The position numbers were made by a program, and so were the translations under genes. A stretch of 64,000 nt of DNA, from assembly GCA_050953065.1 (NCBI GenBank), contig JBMNLZ010000001.1, positions 32,001 through 96,000 on the forward strand, in the 5' to 3' direction. The notes beneath the pieces are model-generated. The model saw nothing but the letters and a program-made list of their open reading frames with translations, did not search any database and was not told the DNA's origin. Below, one piece after another: positions 9,297 to 19,602 of the stretch. Source of the DNA: Bacilli bacterium. Lineage in GTDB: Bacteria > Bacillota_I > Bacilli_A > ML615J-28 > CAG-698. How positions within the stretch are numbered: the first letter of the stretch is position 1; each line of letters starts with the position of its first letter.

Positions 9297-10934
9297 ATGT
9301 CTATAATTGATGCAATTATATTTTTATTAGGTGGTTTAGGTGCTTTTTTACTTGGATTTCAGGTTTTATCGGATAATATTGAAAAATTAGCTGCTAAAAA
9401 ATTAAGACAATTATTTAATAAAACATCAAAAAGTAAAATAGTTGGTATGGGTGTAGGTTTAGCAACTACAGCTATTATCCAAAGTTCATCAGCCACTACT
9501 GTAATGGTAGTTGGATTTGTAAATGCTAATATAATGTCTCTTTTTTCTGCAACAACTATTATAATGGGAGCTAATATTGGTACAACTGTTACTGCGCAAA
9601 TTGTTGCTTTAAAAGCATTTAATTTTGTAAAATTTGCAATTGTTTTTACATGTATAGGAATTTTTATGAATATGTTTGCTAAAACTGATAAGAAAAAAAC
9701 TTTAGGGTTAGTTTTAGCAGGCTTAGGCTTAATCTTTTTAGGGCTTGATACAATGTCTAGTTCAATGAAAGCTTTTAGGGAAAGCCAAGTGTTTGTTGAT
9801 GCATTGTCTATTATCACTAATCCACTACTTTTATTATTAATAGGAGCTGCATTTACTGCTATTGTTCAAAGTTCATCTGCAGTAACTTCAATTTTAATTA
9901 CAATGGTTGGAGCAGGTTTTGTTATTGGTGGCGGTGGTAATGCGATATTGTATGTAATTTTAGGAACAAATATTGGAACATGTGTTACTGCATTACTATC
10001 TTCAATTGGAGCAAGTACTAATGCTAAAAGAGCAGCTCTGATTCACTTAATGTTTAATGTTTTTGGTTCAATTATATTTTTTATAGTGCTTGTAATATGG
10101 AGAGGTTTTATGGACAATGTAGTTGCTAAAATCTTTACTGATCCTGGTACACAAATTGCAATGTTCCATACATTCTTTAATACTGTTTGTGTTGCGATGT
10201 TTTTACCTTTCACAAATGTTTTTGTAAAACTTTCGAAAACGATTATTAGAGATAAAAAAATTCCAGAAGATATCAAAATTACTTATATGGACTCAAGAAT
10301 TTTAAATACTCCAACTATTGCTATTTCGCAACTTACAAAAGAAGTAGTAAGAATGGGTGATACTTCAATTAAAGCTTTAGAAAAAGCATTAGAAATGTTT
10401 TATCAAAAAACTATTGATGATGAGCAAAATGTTAGAGAGATAATTAACGAAGCAAATATAATGAATAAACAAATTACTGACTATTTAGTTAAAGTTTCTA
10501 CTAATAACTTATCATACTCAGATGAAGTTGCAATTGGTAAGTTATATCATGTAATTGCTGACCTTTTACGTATTAATGAAGTTGCAGATAATGTTGTTAA
10601 ATATACAACTTCAGTTGTAGAACAAGGTTTGGAGTTTTCAGAATCAGTAATGGAGTCTATTGGTGAGATGTATGCTCAAGTAAAAGAATTATATCAAGAA
10701 TCCATTGCTGTCTTTATGACTCGCAACTTAAATAGACTTTCAAAAGTTGATAATATGGAAGATAAAATTGATAAGATGAGAAAAGAGTTAATAGATGCTC
10801 ATATCAAGAGATTAAATGATGGTAAATGCAAAGCTAGTAGTAGTGGTGTTTTTATTAATTTAGTTAGTAATCTTGAAAGAGTAGCCGACCATATAACTTA
10901 TGTTGCATATTCTATAAAAGAAGAAAAAAAATAG
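9297..10934 (+). CDS. Na/Pi cotransporter (NptA/YjbB family) with PhoU-like C-terminus
   Basis: Duplicated QSSSA and GANIGT/GTNIGT motifs; NLERVADH. Confidence 0.92.
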   Translation: MSIIDAIIFLLGGLGAFLLGFQVLSDNIEKLAAKKLRQLFNKTSKSKIVGMGVGLATTAIIQSSSATTVMVVGFVNANIMSLFSATTIIMGANIGTTVTAQIVALKAFNFVKFAIVFTCIGIFMNMFAKTDKKKTLGLVLAGLGLIFLGLDTMSSSMKAFRESQVFVDALSIITNPLLLLLIGAAFTAIVQSSSAVTSILITMVGAGFVIGGGGNAILYVILGTNIGTCVTALLSSIGASTNAKRAALIHLMFNVFGSIIFFIVLVIWRGFMDNVVAKIFTDPGTQIAMFHTFFNTVCVAMFLPFTNVFVKLSKTIIRDKKIPEDIKITYMDSRILNTPTIAISQLTKEVVRMGDTSIKALEKALEMFYQKTIDDEQNVREIINEANIMNKQITDYLVKVSTNNLSYSDEVAIGKLYHVIADLLRINEVADNVVKYTTSVVEQGLEFSESVMESIGEMYAQVKELYQESIAVFMTRNLNRLSKVDNMEDKIDKMRKELIDAHIKRLNDGKCKASSSGVFINLVSNLERVADHITYVAYSIKEEKK

Positions 10935-10989
10935 ATGGCTTTATTTATATAAAATAATATGATATAATAAGGCTATTGAGGTTAAGAAT

Positions 10990-11643
10990 ATGGGAACACA
11001 AGTTTATTTATTAGAAGATGATAAAAGTATATGTGATTTAGTAAAATGTGCATTAGAAATGGCTAACATTTCTATTGCATGTTTTTATAATGTAGAAAGC
11101 TTTATGAAAGCTTTTGAAAGTGAGCATCCTAAAGTAGCATTATTAGATATAATGCTTCCTGATGGTAATGGGATTGATGTTTTAAAAGCAATTAAAAAAG
11201 CCAATCCAAAAGTATATTGTATAATGCTTAGTGCTCTTTCTCAAGAAACTGACAAAGTAAAAGGACTTAATGAAGGAGCAGATGATTATATTTCAAAACC
11301 ATTTGGAGTTTTGGAGCTCACTGCTAGAGTAAATGTAGCTTTAAGAAAAACAATTACTAAGACTTTAAGAGTTGGTGATATTGTTGTATATGAAGATAGC
11401 ATGATTGTTTATTTTAAAAGTAAAAAACTTAATTTAAATAATAAAGAATTTCAATTGTTAAGATATTTTATGTTAAATGTAGGCAAGGTATTATCAAGAG
11501 AACAAATTTTGACTACAGTTTGGGGGTATAGTGAAGGAGAAACTAGGACGGTTGATAATCACGTAGCAAGGCTTAGAAAATGTGGTATAAATTATTTTGA
11601 AACTGTTTTTGGAGTAGGTTATAAATTTGATGTAAAGAGGTGA
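10990..11643 (+). CDS. OmpR/PhoB-family response regulator (PhoP-like)
   Basis: LEDD, LLDIMLPD, GADDYISKPF, RTVDNHVARLR, TVFGVGY; context next to the Na/Pi transporter. Confidence 0.88.
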   Translation: MGTQVYLLEDDKSICDLVKCALEMANISIACFYNVESFMKAFESEHPKVALLDIMLPDGNGIDVLKAIKKANPKVYCIMLSALSQETDKVKGLNEGADDYISKPFGVLELTARVNVALRKTITKTLRVGDIVVYEDSMIVYFKSKKLNLNNKEFQLLRYFMLNVGKVLSREQILTTVWGYSEGETRTVDNHVARLRKCGINYFETVFGVGYKFDVKR

Positions 11644-13298
11644 TCAATCTGAAAAAAAATATATTAATATTCTTAATGATCGCCTCTTTAATTTTTACAA
11701 TTGTCTTAAGTTTAATTTTTTCTTATAAAAATTATAATAAAGATATAAGTGAAGTTAAAAACAATTTGGCTATTTATGTAAAACTATATAATGATTCATT
11801 TTCTTTAGATGAAGAAGGAGCTATTGAATTTTCAAATTTATTAGAAGGTGTTGAAGTAACTTTTTTATCTTTAGAAGGAGTAGTAATTGGAAGTAGTAAT
11901 CCAAAAATTACTGGTGATTTAAGTGAATTAGAAGAGGTTAAAGAAGTTTTAGAAAACGGTAAAGGTGAGTCTATAAGAAACTCTTTAGTTGAAAATAAAA
12001 AAATGGTATTTTATAGCGAGGCTAAAGATACATTTATAATAAGATTGGGATTTGTGTTATTTTCAACATTTACATATTTTTTAGATTATGTACCATCAAT
12101 ATTATGGTTTTTAATTATTATTTTAATTGTTAATTTCCTTTTAAGTTTTATAATTGTTGATACTAATTTAAAGTTTGTTCAAAAATATATGATTCGCTCT
12201 TTAAGAAGCGATGAAACAATTGTTGATGCTAAATACATTGAAATGACTGATATTGCAACAACTTTAAACAATTATAAATTAATAGTGGAAGAAAAGTTTA
12301 AAAAATTTGAAGATAATTCAAAAATCATTTCAATTGTTTTAGACAGTATGGAAAATGGTATTGTGATATTTAAATCTTTTAGTGATGTTCTTTTTATTAA
12401 TAAAACAGCTTCTAAATTACTTGAATATTTTGAAGATGATGTTTATTTAATGTATTTACTTGAAGATGATGAGTTAAATCAAATTATTATTAAAAAAGAA
12501 AATAGCGTAATTTATAGAGTAATTGATGATAATGAATATGCTTTTTCGTTTTCTTTCTCTAAGGAATTTTCAGTTTTATTGATTACTGATGTAACTTTAA
12601 TAAGAAAAGCAGAAAAATCAAAAAATGAGTTTATTTCAAATGTTACTCATGAAATGAATACTCCTTTGACAAGTATTAGAGGTTTTGCTGAATTATTATT
12701 AACTGGTCAATTGCCAAAGAATAAAATTGATAATGCTGCCCAAACTATTTTAAAACAAAGTGATAGACTAAAAAATTTAATTTCCAGCATTATTAATTTT
12801 AGTGCAATTGATAATGATGAGTTACCTAGTTATGATGTAAATATTTCTGAAATTGCAAAAAACACTGTTTCTTCAATGGAACCTTTAATTAAAGAAAGAA
12901 AAATTGAATTAACTTTAAATATAGAAGAAAATATTTTTATTAAAAGTAGAAAAGAGAGAATTGTTGAAATATTTAGCAATTTAATCTCTAATGCTATTAG
13001 ATATAATAAAGATGAAGGTAAATTATATATTGAAATTAGTAAAGATGATGTTCCTAAAATAATTGTTGAGGATACTGGAATTGGAATTTCTAAAGAAAAT
13101 ATGGGAAGAGTCTTTGATAGGTTTTACACTGTAGATACATCTCATAGTGGTATTGGTGGAGGTTTTGGTTTAGGGCTTGCTATTGTTAAAAAATTAGCTC
13201 AAAAAGCAGGATGGAAAATCAATCTAACAAGCGAAGTAAATAAGGGAACTAAATTTGAAATAATTTTTTATGGAAATAAAAAGTGTATAAAAGAATAA
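11640..13298 (+). CDS. Sensor histidine kinase (PhoR-like)
   Basis: 2 TM, PAS-like region, NVTHEMNTPLT, NLISNAIRYN, DTGIGI, GFGLGLAIVK. Confidence 0.9.
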   Translation: MINLKKNILIFLMIASLIFTIVLSLIFSYKNYNKDISEVKNNLAIYVKLYNDSFSLDEEGAIEFSNLLEGVEVTFLSLEGVVIGSSNPKITGDLSELEEVKEVLENGKGESIRNSLVENKKMVFYSEAKDTFIIRLGFVLFSTFTYFLDYVPSILWFLIIILIVNFLLSFIIVDTNLKFVQKYMIRSLRSDETIVDAKYIEMTDIATTLNNYKLIVEEKFKKFEDNSKIISIVLDSMENGIVIFKSFSDVLFINKTASKLLEYFEDDVYLMYLLEDDELNQIIIKKENSVIYRVIDDNEYAFSFSFSKEFSVLLITDVTLIRKAEKSKNEFISNVTHEMNTPLTSIRGFAELLLTGQLPKNKIDNAAQTILKQSDRLKNLISSIINFSAIDNDELPSYDVNISEIAKNTVSSMEPLIKERKIELTLNIEENIFIKSRKERIVEIFSNLISNAIRYNKDEGKLYIEISKDDVPKIIVEDTGIGISKENMGRVFDRFYTVDTSHSGIGGGFGLGLAIVKKLAQKAGWKINLTSEVNKGTKFEIIFYGNKKCIKE

Positions 13299-13301
13299 TC
13301 T

Positions 13302-13340
13302 AAAAAAACAAAGCAGTTAAAAACTGTTTTGTTTTTGTTT
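13302..13340 (+). terminator. Intrinsic terminator
   Basis: AAAACAAAGCAGTT-aaa-AACTGTTTTGTTTT hairpin. Confidence 0.7.
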
Positions 13341-13456
13341 TAATATATGAGATTTTGTGATATAATTACAAATGTTAAATACTAATTAACCGTCAAACCT
13401 TTGCTTGAATAAAAAATTAGAATATGATAGAATTATAGTTATGTTAGGTGGAAAAT

Positions 13457-14929
13457 ATGGAAAAACTTGCATTTAATAATGAAAAATATTTAAAACTACA
13501 ATCTGAAAAAATTCTTGAAAGAATTCATCAATATAATAACAAATTATATCTAGAGTTCGGTGGGAAAATATTTGATGATTATCATGCTTCAAGAACATTA
13601 CCAGGTTTTGAAATTGATACAAAAGTAAAAATGCTTTGTGAGATTAAAGAACAGGTTGAAATCGTGATTGTTATTAATGCTAATCATATTCAATCAAGTA
13701 AAATTAGAGCTGATATTGGAATTACTTATGAAAATGAAGTTTTAAGAATGATTGAGAATTTTGAAAGAATGCAATTATATGTTGGTAGTGTTGTAATTAC
13801 TCATTATGAAGGACAAGTAGCAGCTAAATCTTTCAAAACTAAATTGATGAATATGAATATTTCAGTCTATTTGCATTATACAATTCCAGGTTATCCTACA
13901 AATATTAATAGAATTATTAGTGAAGATGGTTTTGGTAAAAATGATTATATTAAAACAACTAAATCATTAGTAGTAGTAACTGCTCCAGGCCCTTGTAGTG
14001 GGAAAATGGCTACTTGTTTATCTCAGCTATATCATGAAAATAAAAGAGGTGTTTTGGCTGGATATGCTAAATACGAAACTTTTCCAATTTGGAATTTACC
14101 ATTAAGACATTCTGTTAACTTAGCATATGAATCAGCAACAGCTGATTTAAACGATGTAAGTGTCATAGACACTTATCATTTAGAAGCCTATAATACTTTG
14201 ACAGTTAATTATAATAGAGATGTTGAGGTTTTTCCGGTTTTACAAGCAGTTTTCAATAAGATTTATGGATATAGTCCATATAAATCACCTACAGATATGG
14301 CAGTTAATATGGCAGGCTTTTGTATTGAAGATGATGATATGGTAGTAAATGCTTGTAAACAAGAAATTATCAGAAGATATTTAGATGCTTTAGTTGATTT
14401 AAAAAATGGTAAGCACGGTGAAGAAGTATCAGATAAAATTGCATTGATAATGAATCATTTGAATGTATCTATTTCAGATAGAAAAGTTGTAGAGGCTGCT
14501 TTACAAAAAGAAATTGATAGTAAAGTCCCATCAATTGCTATGGAATTATCTGATGGTGCAATTGTAACTGGTAAAACTACGCCATTATTAGATGCAAGTG
14601 CTGCTGCAATATTAAATGGAATCAAACATTTTTCTCAATTAAAAAAAGAAGTATTATTGATTTCACCAAATGTAATTGAACCTATTCAAAATTTAAAAGA
14701 ACATTTTTTAAGTGAAAATAAATTAAGATTAAATGCTGAAGAAATATTAATAGCTTTAGCTATTACTGCAACTACAAATCCAGTGGCTGATTTAGCACTT
14801 CAAAAATTACCTTTATTAAAAGGTGCTCAAGCTCATTCTACTGTAATGTTAAGCCATACTGATAAAAGTGTGTTTAAAAAATTGAATATAGATGTAACTT
14901 GTGAGGCTGTTAATTCTACTTTAAAATAG
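13457..14929 (+). CDS. DUF1846 family protein (P-loop-like, unknown function)
   Basis: KLYLEFGGK.FDDYHASR.LPGF, VTAPGPCSGKMATCLSQLYH, YAKYETFPIWNLPL, YKSPTDM. Confidence 0.88.
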   Translation: MEKLAFNNEKYLKLQSEKILERIHQYNNKLYLEFGGKIFDDYHASRTLPGFEIDTKVKMLCEIKEQVEIVIVINANHIQSSKIRADIGITYENEVLRMIENFERMQLYVGSVVITHYEGQVAAKSFKTKLMNMNISVYLHYTIPGYPTNINRIISEDGFGKNDYIKTTKSLVVVTAPGPCSGKMATCLSQLYHENKRGVLAGYAKYETFPIWNLPLRHSVNLAYESATADLNDVSVIDTYHLEAYNTLTVNYNRDVEVFPVLQAVFNKIYGYSPYKSPTDMAVNMAGFCIEDDDMVVNACKQEIIRRYLDALVDLKNGKHGEEVSDKIALIMNHLNVSISDRKVVEAALQKEIDSKVPSIAMELSDGAIVTGKTTPLLDASAAAILNGIKHFSQLKKEVLLISPNVIEPIQNLKEHFLSENKLRLNAEEILIALAITATTNPVADLALQKLPLLKGAQAHSTVMLSHTDKSVFKKLNIDVTCEAVNSTLK

Positions 14930-14937
14930 GAGTAATT

Positions 14938-16389
14938 ATGAAAATATCTAAGTTTGTTAGTTTTATATTTATATTTTCATTATTGTTTTTAGTTGCTTGT
15001 AAACCTTCTACTGAAAATAATAATGATAATTTAGATGATGAAAATCCAGGTGAAGAGATTCCAACAGAAGAAGATGAAACCTTAATAGCAGCAAATGCTA
15101 AGTTTTTGGAAGTTAAGACTTTATTAGATGCAAGCATTCCTAATGAACTGTATGACAATTATACTTTTAACAATTTCTATGATGATAGTGATGTTAGTGT
15201 TATATGGCTTTCTTCAAATGCACAAGCACTTACAAGAACAGGAATTGTTAATCGCCAAAGCGAAGATGTTAATGTTACAGTAACTGCTAAGTTAAAATGT
15301 TTAGGGATAGATTATACTTATACAAAGGATATCGTTGTGAAAGCACTAGAATTAAGAGATTTAAGTTTAAAAAAAGTAACATCAGCTTATCTATATACTG
15401 GGGTATATAGAAAAATTGCTGAAGAAGATTATGAAAAAATAGATATTATAAATTTATCTTTTGCTTCAATATCTAATGGTGTTATTAATACTAGTTCGAT
15501 TGCTTCAAAAATTGTTGAAGTTTCTTCTTTAAGAAATTATGGTATTCGTGTTTGTTTGTCAATTGGAGGATGGGGAGCTGATGGTTTTTCTGATGCAGTT
15601 TTAACAAAAGAAAGTAGAACAAAATTTATTACTTCAATTGTTAATGCTTTAATGCTGTATAAATTTTCTGGGGTGGACTTAGATTGGGAATATCCAACAT
15701 CTACTGCAGGTAATACCATAGTAGCTCGTCCTGAAGATAAACAAAATTTTACGCTATTTTTAAAAGAGTTAAGAGAAGCACTTGATGAGGTTAATGAAGA
15801 TTATTTGTTAACTATTGCAGTTCCAGGGACATCTTATGGAACAAAATACTATGAACTTGCAACGATTCATCAATATTTAGATTATATTAATTTAATGACT
15901 TATGACTTATTAGATTATCAAGATAATGAAACTACAAAGCATCATACAAGTTTATATAATTCTGTTAATAATACTAGTTATATTAAAGCAGGTGTGGATG
16001 CTTATAAAGCAGCAGGCATACCAAGTTCTAAATTAATTATTGGTGCTGCTTTTTATGGACATTATGGATATGTTAGTGAAAGCCCAAGTGGAAATGGTAT
16101 GGGAAAAACTACAACTACTAGTATGAGAGATGCTATAAATTATACTGAAATATATAATACATATTTATCAAACCCAGAAAATGAAGATAATGTTTATTTT
16201 GACGAAAATGCTAAGGCTACTTGGTATTACGATGGTAATATCTTTATATCATACGATGATCCAGTTTCTTTAACTTATAAATGTGAATATGTTGAAACAG
16301 AAGAATTAGCTGGTATTATGTTTTGGCAATATGGAGGAGATCAAACTGGAACATTACTTGATGCAATATACAAAGCATTTAATAAGTAA
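14938..16389 (+). CDS. GH18 chitinase-like lipoprotein with N-terminal Ig-like domain
   Basis: Lipobox LVAC; SIGGW, DLDWEYP catalytic motif, LMTYD, SYDD, GIMFW. Confidence 0.9.
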   Translation: MKISKFVSFIFIFSLLFLVACKPSTENNNDNLDDENPGEEIPTEEDETLIAANAKFLEVKTLLDASIPNELYDNYTFNNFYDDSDVSVIWLSSNAQALTRTGIVNRQSEDVNVTVTAKLKCLGIDYTYTKDIVVKALELRDLSLKKVTSAYLYTGVYRKIAEEDYEKIDIINLSFASISNGVINTSSIASKIVEVSSLRNYGIRVCLSIGGWGADGFSDAVLTKESRTKFITSIVNALMLYKFSGVDLDWEYPTSTAGNTIVARPEDKQNFTLFLKELREALDEVNEDYLLTIAVPGTSYGTKYYELATIHQYLDYINLMTYDLLDYQDNETTKHHTSLYNSVNNTSYIKAGVDAYKAAGIPSSKLIIGAAFYGHYGYVSESPSGNGMGKTTTTSMRDAINYTEIYNTYLSNPENEDNVYFDENAKATWYYDGNIFISYDDPVSLTYKCEYVETEELAGIMFWQYGGDQTGTLLDAIYKAFNK

Positions 16390-16466
16390 GAGGCTATATC
16401 AGTTAATATTGTTGACTTGTTTAATAAAAAGAATTATAATTAATATATATAAATAGGAGGATACAA

Positions 16467-16691
16467 ATGGTTTTTGATAGTGTTAAAAAAATAATAGCTG
16501 AAGAATTAAATATTGATGAAAGCAGTATTACTTTAGAAACTAGATTAGTTGAGGATCTAAAAGCAGATTCAATTGATTCTATTCAATTAATTATGGCTTT
16601 AGAAGAAGAATTTAATATTTCAATCAGTGATGATTCTGTTCAAGATATTAAAACTGTTGGAGATATTGTTAACATAATTAAGAAAAAATAA
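16467..16691 (+). CDS. acpP: Acyl carrier protein
   Basis: DLKADSID phosphopantetheine site, LEEEF, IKTVGD. Confidence 0.93.
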   Translation: MVFDSVKKIIAEELNIDESSITLETRLVEDLKADSIDSIQLIMALEEEFNISISDDSVQDIKTVGDIVNIIKKK

Positions 16692-16728
16692 TGCCTTTTA
16701 AAGGCATTTTTATTGATTAGGTGAAATA

Positions 16729-17907
16729 ATGAAAAATCTTTTACTTAGATTATTTATTAAAGATTATAAAAATATAGAAAATCCTAAGGTGCGTCTTGCA
16801 TATGGTATTTTAAGTGGTATAGTAGGGATTGTCAGCAACTTAATTTTATTTATTATTAAAATCTTAATTGGGATTATATCTTTAAGTATTGCAATAATTG
16901 CTGATGCTATAAATAACTTATCTGATGCAGCAACTTCTATTATTACCTTAATAGGATTTAAACTTGCAAGTAAACCTGCAGATGATGAACATCCTTTTGG
17001 TCATGATAGAATAGAATATGTTGCTGGATTAATTATTTCTGTTGTTATTTTAGTAGTTGGAATTCTTTTATTTAAAACTTCGATTGAAAAAATAATTAAT
17101 CCAAAGGATTTAATTTTTAATAAATATGTTATAATAATTTTGGGTGTTTCTATATTAATAAAGATGTGGCAATCTTGGTTTTATTATAGGAATAGTAAGA
17201 TTATTAATTCTAAAACACTAAAAGCTAATGCGATTGATAGTATCAATGACTTTATTATAACTACAGTTATTTTAATTAGTTTTTTAATTAATCAATTTCT
17301 TGGAGTTAATATAGATGGATACATCGGAGTAATTATCGCTGTTGTAATTTTGATAAGTGGCATAAAATTAGTAAAAGAAACAGCTTCATCTTTAGTAGGA
17401 GAAGTTCCTAGTCAAGAAACAGTAAAACAAATTAAAGATAAAATCTTAAAAGTTGATGAAGTTTTAGGGATGCATGATTTAATAATTCATAGTTATGGAC
17501 CTTTAAAAAAATACGCTAGTGTGCATGTTGAAGTTAATAATCAAATGACGATTGAAAAAAGTCATATGATTATAGATGAGATAGAAGAATCTATAAAAAA
17601 TGATTTAAATATTGATATTGTTATTCATATTGATCCTGTAGATATTGATTGTGAAAAAAGGAATAAATATTTTAATTTAACTCAAGATGTAATTAAAGCT
17701 ATAGATGAGACTTTAGAAATTCACGATTTTAGGATTATAAAACAAAAAAACAAGGATTTAATAGTTTTTGATTTGGTTGTACCTTTCAATTATGAAAAAT
17801 CAACTGAAAAAATAAAAGAAACAATAATTAATGAAATTAACAAATTAGAAAAAAATGTAAAAGTAAAAATTGTAGTTGAAACTGAAATTATAAAAATAAT
17901 AAATTAG
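16729..17907 (+). CDS. Cation diffusion facilitator (FieF-like)
   Basis: ADAINNLSD, KPADDEHPFGH.RIEY, HDL.IHSYGP, IHIDP. Confidence 0.9.
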   Translation: MKNLLLRLFIKDYKNIENPKVRLAYGILSGIVGIVSNLILFIIKILIGIISLSIAIIADAINNLSDAATSIITLIGFKLASKPADDEHPFGHDRIEYVAGLIISVVILVVGILLFKTSIEKIINPKDLIFNKYVIIILGVSILIKMWQSWFYYRNSKIINSKTLKANAIDSINDFIITTVILISFLINQFLGVNIDGYIGVIIAVVILISGIKLVKETASSLVGEVPSQETVKQIKDKILKVDEVLGMHDLIIHSYGPLKKYASVHVEVNNQMTIEKSHMIIDEIEESIKNDLNIDIVIHIDPVDIDCEKRNKYFNLTQDVIKAIDETLEIHDFRIIKQKNKDLIVFDLVVPFNYEKSTEKIKETIINEINKLEKNVKVKIVVETEIIKIIN

Positions 17908-17916
17908 GGGGAAAAA

Positions 17917-19599
17917 ATGTATAGTTCAAATGTTTTAAAATGGAAAAGTTTTCCGGGTTTATTAAAAGAATTAAAAGATGAATTAAATAGTATGAATGAA
18001 AAAGAATTAGAAGATGCTTTTTATACTAATTTAAGTTTTGGTACTGGTGGTATGCGTGGAATTATTGGAGCAGGTACTAATAGAATGAATATTTATACGC
18101 TTAGAAGGGCTAATTATGGATATGCTAAATACATACTTAGTTTAAATGTTAAAAAACCTTCAGTTGTAATTGCTTATGATCCAAGACATAAATCTAAAGA
18201 GTTCGCTTTAGAATCAGCTAAAGTTATGGGAACTTTAGGAATAAAGGCGTATTTATTTGATAAAATTACTCCAACTCCAGAATTATCTTTTGCTGTAAGA
18301 TATTTAAAAACTACTGGTGGAATAGTTGTAACAGCTTCACACAACCCACCAATTTATAATGGGTATAAAATTTATGATAGTGATGGCTGTCAGTTAATTC
18401 CAGAATTAGCAGACCAAGTAATTGATGAGATTTCAAAAGCACCAGATGCTTTTGAAATAGTAGTAGAAGCTGAAGATGAATTAATCAAAAAAGGTATGAT
18501 TGAATATTTAGATGATAAAGTTGATTTAGCATATTTAGAGGCAGTAAAAAGTATTTCTGTATATCCTGATTTAAATAAAGATGATTTTAAAGTTGTCTTT
18601 ACTCCACTTCATGGAACTGCTGCTTATTTAGGTAAAAGATTAATGGAAGAAACGGGATATAATATTTTTTGTGTTGAAGAACAAATGATTCCTGACCCTA
18701 ACTTTACAACTGTAAAAGCTCCAAATCCAGAAGTAATAAGTGCTTTTGATTATGGGATTAAATTAGCAGAAAAAGAAGGTGCTGATTTAGTTATAGCAAC
18801 AGACCCAGATGCTGATAGACTGGGATTAGCTGTCTTGCATGAAGGAAAATATCAATTATTAACAGGTAACCAAACAGGAGCTTTAATGATTTATTATTTA
18901 GTAAATAATAAAGAGTTACCTAAAAAAGGTGTTGTTTTTAATACTATTGTTACATCGCTATTAGGTGAGGATATTGCTAAATCTAAGGGATTAGAAGTTA
19001 TTTCTACTTTAACTGGCTTTAAATTTATTGGAGAACAAGCTAAATTACTTGAAGGTACTGATAAAGAATTTTTCTTTGGATATGAAGAATCATTTGGCTA
19101 TGTTGTAAAAGATTTTGTTAGAGATAAGGATTCATTACAAGCTTTACTTTTATGCTCTGAAATGGCTTGTTTTTATAAAAATAATGGTCAAAACTTAATT
19201 GAAGTCTTAGAAGAGGTATTTTCTAAATATGGTTATTATGTTGAAGATTTAGTAAATCTTACTTTAGAAGGAAAAGATGGTGCTTTAAAAATTGATGCAA
19301 TACTTAATCATTTTAGAAAAATTGAATTAAAGTATATTCAAGGTCTTGCAGTTTTAGCTAAAGAAGATTATATGGATCAAAAAAGATATGAAAAAAATAA
19401 AGTTTTGCCGATTTCTTTACCTAAATCAAAGGTATTAAAATATTTTTTAGAAGATGGTAGTTGGTTTGTATTGCGCCCGAGTGGAACCGAACCTAAGATG
19501 AAGGTTTATATTGGAACAAAAGGTACTTCAAAAGAAGAGGCTACTAAAAAAACTGCTAAAATTAAAGAAGCTGTTTTAGCAATCGTAGAATCGGTGTAA
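17917..19599 (+). CDS. pgm: Phosphoglucomutase/phosphomannomutase
   Basis: FGTGGMRG, TASHNP, DPDADR, GYEES.G, RPSGTEPK. Confidence 0.92.
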   Translation: MYSSNVLKWKSFPGLLKELKDELNSMNEKELEDAFYTNLSFGTGGMRGIIGAGTNRMNIYTLRRANYGYAKYILSLNVKKPSVVIAYDPRHKSKEFALESAKVMGTLGIKAYLFDKITPTPELSFAVRYLKTTGGIVVTASHNPPIYNGYKIYDSDGCQLIPELADQVIDEISKAPDAFEIVVEAEDELIKKGMIEYLDDKVDLAYLEAVKSISVYPDLNKDDFKVVFTPLHGTAAYLGKRLMEETGYNIFCVEEQMIPDPNFTTVKAPNPEVISAFDYGIKLAEKEGADLVIATDPDADRLGLAVLHEGKYQLLTGNQTGALMIYYLVNNKELPKKGVVFNTIVTSLLGEDIAKSKGLEVISTLTGFKFIGEQAKLLEGTDKEFFFGYEESFGYVVKDFVRDKDSLQALLLCSEMACFYKNNGQNLIEVLEEVFSKYGYYVEDLVNLTLEGKDGALKIDAILNHFRKIELKYIQGLAVLAKEDYMDQKRYEKNKVLPISLPKSKVLKYFLEDGSWFVLRPSGTEPKMKVYIGTKGTSKEEATKKTAKIKEAVLAIVESV

Positions 19600-19602
19600 A
19601 GT

